Assembly: GCA_964628285.1 (NCBI GenBank)
Contig: CAZVNP010000013.1
Coordinates: 931-64,930, forward strand
From: an uncultured Lentimicrobiaceae bacterium
GTDB taxonomy: Bacteria > Bacteroidota > Bacteroidia > Bacteroidales > JAGONC01
Length of the DNA stretch: 64,000 bases
Reading direction: 5' to 3'
The translations under genes and the position numbers were made by a program. The notes beneath the pieces were generated by a model. It had not been told where the DNA came from and ran no database searches. It worked only from the letters and a program-made list of their open reading frames with translations. Below, piece after piece: positions 57,064-64,000 of the stretch. Each line of letters begins with the position of its first letter. The first letter of the stretch is position 1.

Positions 57064-58533
57064 TCACAACGGTTTCATACGGTATATGTGACACTCCCAT
57101 GGTTCAAGGCTGAAAGCCAGCCCCCTTTCGAGCATGTCATCGCCTGCTGCCTTGAACTCCGGATCCGACAGGATGTCGGTCAAATGCCATTGCAATCCCC
57201 TGAGATCCTCGAGTGGTATGGTGATGTGTGACCGTGTGGTAACGGACGAAAAGTTAATGATGACCAGGCGGTGTTCGGGCCATGCGGACCACAGCCATGC
57301 CAGGATGTTACCGTTATTTTCACCGGTATCGGCTTCCGTGCTCCGGCACAGGAGCCATTGTCCGTCGTGAAAAATGTCGTGATGCACGGCGGTGATCAGA
57401 TGGCGATAAAACGTTCTGAGTTGCTTATCGGGAGCTTCTACGGGGCCACGTTGCAGGAAAACGGGCAGGTGTATCGTGGCGCCTTCGGTCTGGCCATGAT
57501 GCAGCAGTCTGGCGCCGGGCAGCGTCAGGGTTACCACTGCGGCGGCGCGTTCCCTTACCGGTGTAAGAAGAGCGGCAGCCCGGGGCTCATCGTGGTTCTC
57601 AAGGAAACGGATAAGCTTATTCTGGAATGTGAGGTCCGCGGTAAGATGCATCCGGATATCACGGGCGTTGTCGCGCAGGACCCTGTCGTAGAGACGTTTG
57701 TCATAGCAATAGTCAAAACCCTGCTGCTGTAATGTCCACTCCATGTCCCAGTACACTTCGGCGATAAAGAAAAATCCGGGGTGTGCCTTTTTCACGGCGG
57801 GAATGACCGTCGTCCAGAAATCGTCGCGTGGTTTCACCCCGGCACGTTCACCCCATGTGCGTTCAAAGACGTCGTTAAGCATCAGCATGGCCATGTCGCA
57901 GCGTATGCCGTCGCATTGGGCGGCGATGTCAGTGACCGTGGCAATGACCTGGCGGCGGTATTCCTTGCTGAAGGCATTGAGTTGCAGCACATCGGGCCAG
58001 GCAGGGTAATAGGGATCACGTGCACGGGCGAAGACGGTCTTGCCGGAGGCATAAAAAGAGGCGGGGTCGCGCTGCATATCGGCGGCGGCGCCCCGAATGA
58101 AATAGCCGGGGTGCTCCAGGGTCCAGGGATGATCAGGAGCGGCATGGTTGGGCACAAAATCCAGTATCAACGCCAGACCCAGATGATCCAGGGCCTCACG
58201 TGCCACCGCCAGACCGTCGTTGCCGCCAAGGCGGTCATCCACCACATAGCTTCTCACGCAATAGGGCGAGCCGGCCACATCGCCGGGAGTGAAATCGGGC
58301 AGGACACGCCTGAACTCCGACAGCAGCTTCTCATCAGCCATCACAATAGCCCGGCCTGCCTCACTGCGCCGCCACACACCCATCAGCCAGACGGCATCCA
58401 CACCCAACCTGGCAAAGACTTCCCATTCATGCTCGGGCACTGTCGCCAGCGTCACATGGCGGCCGTATGTCCGGCTGAGCTCATGCAACCACAACCAGGT
58501 GTTGATTTCATAAATAAGTGGATTCCTGCGCAT
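57064..58533 (-). CDS. GH13 alpha-amylase family protein, no signal peptide
   Basis: LILDFVPNH, GIRCDMA (nucleophile), FIAEVYW (acid/base), FLENHDE. Confidence 0.9.
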   Translation of the reverse strand: MRRNPLIYEINTWLWLHELSRTYGRHVTLATVPEHEWEVFARLGVDAVWLMGVWRRSEAGRAIVMADEKLLSEFRRVLPDFTPGDVAGSPYCVRSYVVDDRLGGNDGLAVAREALDHLGLALILDFVPNHAAPDHPWTLEHPGYFIRGAAADMQRDPASFYASGKTVFARARDPYYPAWPDVLQLNAFSKEYRRQVIATVTDIAAQCDGIRCDMAMLMLNDVFERTWGERAGVKPRDDFWTTVIPAVKKAHPGFFFIAEVYWDMEWTLQQQGFDYCYDKRLYDRVLRDNARDIRMHLTADLTFQNKLIRFLENHDEPRAAALLTPVRERAAAVVTLTLPGARLLHHGQTEGATIHLPVFLQRGPVEAPDKQLRTFYRHLITAVHHDIFHDGQWLLCRSTEADTGENNGNILAWLWSAWPEHRLVIINFSSVTTRSHITIPLEDLRGLQWHLTDILSDPEFKAAGDDMLERGLAFSLEPWECHIYRMKPL

Positions 58534-58734
58534 AACGTAAACTTCACAATAATAACAGATAACATCCCAAAAAGTCAGATAAGAAATGAAATAAAAAATG
58601 CTTTTCTCCGGATAAACTGAATTAAATTCAGGAAATTTAACCGGGATTTTTCAAAATTCTTTATTTTTATCACAAAATAATACGTTACAAAAACTCATAG
58701 CTCAACATCACTTGAAAAACAGAAAGGACGAATT

Positions 58735-59247
58735 ATGGGAAAACATGGTATCGAAATCCTGAACATCGATGTAAAAGAGCTGTTAAAGATGCTCAATGCG
58801 GCCCTCAGTGAAGAATGGCTGGCTTACTACCAATACTGGATCGGTTCCAAGGTCATGGTCGGTCCCATGAGGGGAGAGATTGTACCCGAATTACTTGTTC
58901 ATGCCAACCAGGAACTCAACCACGCGGTGCTGATCGTCGACAGGATCATCCAGCTGGGAGGGGATCCTGTGCTCGATCCTGCGGACTGGCCGAAGCTGGC
59001 ACGCTGTGTATACGATGCGCCTGCCGATCCCTATGTGGAAGTCATCCTGGATCAGAACCTCAAGGGTGAACGTTGCGCGATCCAACGCTATAAAGAGATA
59101 GCCGATTTCACTGCAGGAAAGGATCACACGACTTACCAGATAGCGACTACCATCCTCAATGAAGAGATCGAGCACGAACAGGATATCGAAGAGTGGATGG
59201 CCGACCTTGAGAGGCTCAAGGAAGACATTAAAAAATTCCGTCTGTAA
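58735..59247 (+). CDS. DPS-like / bacterioferritin-like ferritin (DPSL type)
   Basis: EEWLAYYQYW, QELNHA...DRIIQLGG, GERCAI..Y, EEIEHE. Confidence 0.88.
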   Translation: MGKHGIEILNIDVKELLKMLNAALSEEWLAYYQYWIGSKVMVGPMRGEIVPELLVHANQELNHAVLIVDRIIQLGGDPVLDPADWPKLARCVYDAPADPYVEVILDQNLKGERCAIQRYKEIADFTAGKDHTTYQIATTILNEEIEHEQDIEEWMADLERLKEDIKKFRL

Positions 59248-59329
59248 GTTAAATAGCACATTTTGTCGACCCGGCTGATTTCAGTTGAATTCATATTGAT
59301 CAAAGGCCCATGAGCTAAAGCATATCCTT

Positions 59330-60772
59330 ATGTTATTTAACTCGGTTGAATTTGCTATATTCTTTCCACTGATCGTCCTGCTCTATTTCATAATCCCTTT
59401 CAAATGGAGGTGGGTGCTTCTTTTGGCTGCCAGCTATTATTTTTACATGTGCTGGAAGGTGGAGTATGTCATACTGCTGATCGTCTGCACCTTCGTCAAT
59501 TACTTTGCCGCACTGCAGATAGCCCGCCATGATGAAAAACGAAAGAAAAAGTGGTTCCTCTACCTGAGCCTTTTCACCAGCCTGGGGATGCTGTTTGCCT
59601 TCAAGTATTTCAATTTCTTCAACGAGAACGTCCATCTCCTATTCACTCATTTCAACATTTTTTACAAGGCGCCAGCCTTTCGTGTCCTATTACCCATCGG
59701 CATCTCCTTTTATACCTTTCAAACTTTATCATACACCATCGATGTTTACTGTGGCACTGTGCCACCGGAAAAGCACCCCGGCATTTTCGCCCTTTACGTA
59801 TCGTTTTTCCCCCAGCTGGTGGCAGGGCCCATCGAGCGGCCGAAAAACCTCATTCCCCAGTTTTATGAACGGCATCAGTTTGATTATTCAAACTTCACCA
59901 ACGGATTGAAACGCATAGCCTGGGGTTACTTCAAAAAACTGGTCGTTGCCGACAGGCTGGCTGTTTTCGTGGAGCAGGTTTTCACTACGCCCTAGCAATT
60001 CCATGGCTTCGAGGTGGCGGTGGGGGCGGTGTTTTTCATGTTTCAGCTCTATGCTGATTTTTCTGGTTATTCCGACATCGCCATCGGCACCGCCAAAGTG
60101 ATGGGTTTCAGGCTCATGGAGAACTTCGACCGGCCTCACATGTCACGGTCGGTGACGGAGTTCTGGCAACGCTGGCATATTTCACTCTCCACCTGGATAA
60201 AGGATTATGTCTTCATGCCGCTGGCGTCATGGCTGCGCCGTGGTAAGATGTGGGGTATCGCCTTGGCCGGTTTCATAAGCCTGGTGGCCTTCGGCGTGTG
60301 GCACGGCGCCGGATGGAATTTCTTCGCCTTCGGCGTCATTTTCGGTCTTTTTTATTCGTTCGAGATACTGACCTTCAGGGTGAGAAAACGCCTCTGGCGC
60401 AATATCCCTCAAACGGTACTGAATGTGGCCGGCGCCGTTTTCACCTTCTCACTCATCACCCTGTCGTCAATCTTTTTCAGGGCGGCACGGGTGAGCGACG
60501 CTTTCACCCTCTTCGGTAACCTCTGGCACTTCAGTGCCGACCAGATCAGGATGAGCATGATCGCCAACGACCCTTACAACCTTCTGTTTTCTTTTATCTT
60601 CGTGGCGATGCTGGTGGCTGTGCAGCGTTTTCAGGGGAAATACAAAAACGTGGAGCAATTTATTTCGGATAAAAGCTTTATTTTACGCTGGTCATTTTAT
60701 ATCTTGCTGGTTTATATCATATTCAACTTCGGTATTTTCAACAACAAAGAGTTCTATTATTTTCAGTTTTAG
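59330..60772 (+). pseudogene. AlgI/DltB-type MBOAT O-acyltransferase, 480 codons with one in-frame TAG at 59993-59995
   Basis: Track ORFs 59330-59995 and 60014-60772 are in the same frame (…TTP*QFHGFEVAVGAVFFMFQLYADFSGYSD). Motifs LPIGISFYTFQ, FFPQLVAGPIER, FWQRWHISLS, GVWHGAGW. Confidence 0.8.
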
Positions 60773-60780
60773 TAACATCC

Positions 60781-61782
60781 ATGACATCGGGCTGCGCCAT
60801 CGAACATCTTGAAACCTTCCTTCCCGACAGGGAGGTGACCAATGCCGATCTGAAGAAAGAGTTCCCTGACTGGAACATGGATCTCTTCGAGAAAACGGTT
60901 GGCGTGAAGACGCGTCACGAAGTGAAGGCCGGCGAAACGGCCTCCGACCTAGCACAAAAAGCCGCTGTGAAGCTGTTCAGAAAGGTTGACATGCAGCGTG
61001 TTGATTTTCTGATCTTCTGCACGCAGTACCCTGATTATTACAAGCCGACCACGGCCTGCCTGCTGCAGCAGCGGCTGGGGCTGAAGAACAGCATCGGCGC
61101 ATATGACATGAACCTGGGCTGCTCCGGTTTCGTATACGGCCTGGCCGTAGCCAAAGGGCTGATCAAGGCGAATGTTGCGAGTCATGTCCTCCTGCTCACC
61201 TCCACCTCGGCATCAAAATATATTTACAATAAGGACCGCTCCAAGAAGAGCCTCTTCGGCGACGGCGCCAGCGCCTGTCTTGTCACGGCATCGGAAAAAG
61301 AAAAGATCATGGCGTTCGAATTCGGCACCGACGGCAATAACACCGACCTGGTCATCCCCAACGGGGCTTTCAGAAAACGCTATGATCCCCAGGCGCCGGA
61401 GTTTGAATATGAACCGGGCAGTTATACCACCGATAACCATGTGCAGATGAACGGCCATGAGATCATGAATTTCACCCTGCGCGTGGTGCCCCCGCTGGTG
61501 CGTCAGGTCTTGAAGAAGAACGGTCTGACCCCCGCCGATATCGACTACACCGTCTTCCATCAGGCCAATCCTTTCATTCTGGATCACCTGCGGAAACGTT
61601 GCGGACTGCCTAAAGACAGATTTTTCAACGACATCAGCGACACGGGAAACACCAGCTCCTCATCGGTACCTATTGGCATCAGAAAGCTGGCTGACCGGGG
61701 TATCATCAAACCCGGGTACAAACTGTTACTGGCCGGCTTTGGCGTGGGATTGTCATGGGCGGCTACCGTCATCGAATATTGA
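60781..61782 (+). CDS. 3-oxoacyl-ACP synthase III-like (FabH family) no. 1
   Basis: LGCSGF (Cys), FHQAN (His), GNTSS (Asn), AGFGVGLSW. Confidence 0.9.
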   Translation: MTSGCAIEHLETFLPDREVTNADLKKEFPDWNMDLFEKTVGVKTRHEVKAGETASDLAQKAAVKLFRKVDMQRVDFLIFCTQYPDYYKPTTACLLQQRLGLKNSIGAYDMNLGCSGFVYGLAVAKGLIKANVASHVLLLTSTSASKYIYNKDRSKKSLFGDGASACLVTASEKEKIMAFEFGTDGNNTDLVIPNGAFRKRYDPQAPEFEYEPGSYTTDNHVQMNGHEIMNFTLRVVPPLVRQVLKKNGLTPADIDYTVFHQANPFILDHLRKRCGLPKDRFFNDISDTGNTSSSSVPIGIRKLADRGIIKPGYKLLLAGFGVGLSWAATVIEY

Positions 61783-61791
61783 AACGAATAC

Positions 61792-62790
61792 ATGGGTGCG
61801 ACCATACAACATATCACGGTTTTTTTACCTGAACAGGTCCTGACAAATGAGGATCTGGCCCTTCAATTACCCGGCTGGCATCCTGAAGATATCTACCAGA
61901 AAGTGGGTATCCGCCAGCGTCATATCACCGGTGAGCATGAGACCGCCCTGGACATGGCACAGAAAGTCTGTGAGAAGCTCTTCGAAAGCTATGACAGACA
62001 GCAGGTCGATTTCATCCTGTTATGCACGCAGAGTCCTGACCACTTTCTTCCCACCAGTGCCTGTCTGCTGCAAAAAAGGCTCGGTCTGTCTACCTCGGTA
62101 GGGGCTCTGGATTTCGCTCTGGGCTGCTCGGGGTATGTTTACGGTCTGGCCACCGCCAAAGGGCTCCTCGCCGGCGGTCTGGCTTCGACGGTGCTGCTGG
62201 TGACCGCCGAAACGCTGTCGAAACACATCCATCCCCGCGACAAAGCCAACCGCAGCCTCGCCGGCGACGCCGCCACGGCATCCATCATTACCCTCAGCGA
62301 TGACAACCATATCGGTGAATTTGTGCTGGGTACCGAAGGCAACGACAGGGACATGATCGTACCTAACGGTGCCTGCCGCCACCCTTATGAAATGAATCCC
62401 GCGGAATATACCGACAAGAACGGCAACGTCAGGACAGATAACCACTATTTCATAAACGGCCACGAGGTGTTCAACTTCACCATGAAGAAAGTGCCGGTGC
62501 TGGTGAAGGCGGTCATGGCCAAAAACAACCTGACCATGAACACCGTCGATTATTTCGTTTTCCATCAGGCCAATAAGTTCATCATCGACCATCTGCGCAA
62601 GATGTCGGGTATACCGTCCGAAAAATTTTACCTGAACATGGAGAACACAGGCAACACTTCGTCGTGTACTATTCCGATAGCATTGCGTGATGCCCTCGAC
62701 AGGCATCTGATAAAGAAAAACGACCGCGTACTGCTGGCCGGCTTCGGCATAGGCTATTCCTGGGCCGGAACGGTCATCACCATATCCTGA
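61792..62790 (+). CDS. 3-oxoacyl-ACP synthase III-like (FabH family) no. 2
   Basis: LGCSGY, FHQAN, GNTSS, AGFGIGYSW. Confidence 0.9.
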   Translation: MGATIQHITVFLPEQVLTNEDLALQLPGWHPEDIYQKVGIRQRHITGEHETALDMAQKVCEKLFESYDRQQVDFILLCTQSPDHFLPTSACLLQKRLGLSTSVGALDFALGCSGYVYGLATAKGLLAGGLASTVLLVTAETLSKHIHPRDKANRSLAGDAATASIITLSDDNHIGEFVLGTEGNDRDMIVPNGACRHPYEMNPAEYTDKNGNVRTDNHYFINGHEVFNFTMKKVPVLVKAVMAKNNLTMNTVDYFVFHQANKFIIDHLRKMSGIPSEKFYLNMENTGNTSSCTIPIALRDALDRHLIKKNDRVLLAGFGIGYSWAGTVITIS

Positions 62791-62814
62791 GTATGAACCT
62801 TAACAAGTAAAAAT

Positions 62815-63057
62815 ATGGAAGAAAAATTTATCGCACTCATGAATAAAACCCTCGAAGTGGGGGAAGGCTCCGTGGAGATGAATGAATTTCTGGAGAGCAA
62901 CCCGCGCTTCGACTCACTGGGTACCCTGATGATCCTCCTGATGCTCGAGGATGAATACGGTATCATCATCTCATCGGATGAGTTCCGGAAATTCAAGTAT
63001 GTGAAGGATCTCTACGACTATGTCATGAAGAATGCCACGAAACACCCTGAAGAGTAA
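62815..63057 (+). CDS. Acyl carrier protein
   Basis: 80 aa, acidic, FDSLG phosphopantetheine site, LEDEYGI.I. Confidence 0.85.
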   Translation: MEEKFIALMNKTLEVGEGSVEMNEFLESNPRFDSLGTLMILLMLEDEYGIIISSDEFRKFKYVKDLYDYVMKNATKHPEE

Positions 63058-63123
63058 GCCGGCTTTTCTGCCTGTGACCGGAACAGTATGCCCGGTCATC
63101 GGTGGTCATCAAGTATATCACAC

Positions 63124-64000
63124 ATGGTCAAAAAAGGGCTCATAAAGCTAGCGGCACTGATCGTCATCATCATCGCCCTGAATTTTATTACACGGCTGTT
63201 CTTTACCGATTACATCTGGGGCGATGATGTCCTGAATAAAAAACGGACCTACCTGCTGGAGAACCGTGGCCGTTACAATGCCATCTTCCTGGGTTCGAGT
63301 CTCACCAACTATCACATCATACCTCCCCTCTTCGACAGCCTGGTCACACCGGTAACCTTACGGTCGTTTAACATGGGAACGGGCATATTTACGAACCCTG
63401 AGGTGTATTATATCGGCACGCGTCTCACCGGCCATGATGCCATTAAACCACGCTACCTCTTCATAGAGCTCCATAACGTGCTGATACCAAAAAAAGATGA
63501 CTGGCACAAGGTGCGTTTCAAGTACATCATGGATCTGCCGACGTGGTCCTTTGCCTTTAACGCCATGTGGCATCAGAAACACATCGACAGGAAAGCGTAC
63601 ATCCTGAAAAACTATACCGCCCAGTTTCTTGAGCATACGCTGAACATGGACCTCCCGGTCAATTACCTGAAGCGGGAAAAAGGTCATGATTTCCCGCCCT
63701 ATTACCGGATTGACGCCGGCTTTATCTCGGCCATCCGGTTTCCACAGGGCAGGGACAATTTCGACTCGGCAAGGTATGAGCGGTCATGGAGTTCCTGGAG
63801 AAAAGAGTATGCCATGTATAAGGATGAGAAGGAAGTGAATGCCGTTGAGCTGAAGAAGGTCCACGACCTGATCCGTTGCTTCAGGGAGGAAGGTATTCAC
63901 GTCATTTACATCCTGCCGCCCAAATCGGATTATTCATCGTTGCAGATACAAATGGGATTGTTCAACAACATCCCGGCCGCCAACAAGATAAACATGGCCG
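63124..64000 (+). CDS. Membrane-anchored DltD/SGNH-like protein, 3'-partial and absent from the ORF track
   Basis: Translated by hand and open to the window end: MVKKGLIKLAALIVIIIALNF (TM), AIFLGSS, RSFNMG, GIHVIYILPP. Confidence 0.7.
   Translation, partial: MVKKGLIKLAALIVIIIALNFITRLFFTDYIWGDDVLNKKRTYLLENRGRYNAIFLGSSLTNYHIIPPLFDSLVTPVTLRSFNMGTGIFTNPEVYYIGTRLTGHDAIKPRYLFIELHNVLIPKKDDWHKVRFKYIMDLPTWSFAFNAMWHQKHIDRKAYILKNYTAQFLEHTLNMDLPVNYLKREKGHDFPPYYRIDAGFISAIRFPQGRDNFDSARYERSWSSWRKEYAMYKDEKEVNAVELKKVHDLIRCFREEGIHVIYILPPKSDYSSLQIQMGLFNNIPAANKINMA

Noticed and set aside
59330-64000. Genome-wide TAG reassignment
   Set aside because: Only one gene is split by TAG, and the flavodoxin gene ends normally at TAG.

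Overview
Bacteroidota (probably Bacteroidales) chromosomal segment. Evidence: many T9SS-sorted proteins, TAnnTTTG -7 promoter boxes and the Bacteroidales-type V-ATPase gene order. A GC-rich housekeeping backbone carries tRNA-Leu, tig-clpP-clpX, a sugar transferase, pcm, a GH3/serine hydrolase fusion, an ECF sigma locus, pnuC plus a NadR-like kinase, miaA, glmM, a V-type ATPase operon, GH13 and DPSL. It is interrupted by AT-rich blocks of secreted T9SS cargo genes at 1-13.3 kb, 35-36.2 kb and 46.1-49.2 kb. The strongest signal is a family of modular intergenic repeats. An intact copy at 21405-21625 matches a copy at 46-49 kb that is split by a 3.2-kb enzyme-free cassette. That cassette is bounded by a 19-bp direct repeat and two 64-66-bp palindromes (GGGACTCCATCCAC...GTGGATGGAGTCCC), and one palindrome cuts off a papain-like peptidase gene. 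A third palindrome lies at nearly the same sub-site of another repeat copy, next to another T9SS gene. Other items of note: an OprC/MbnP copper-uptake operon with a perfect 20-bp candidate operator, T9SS genes with constant tails and variable heads, and an MBOAT-KASIII-KASIII-ACP-DltD-like acyl-transfer cluster whose MBOAT has one in-frame TAG. No CRISPR array, transposase or integrase was seen. All calls are by eye, without database searches.
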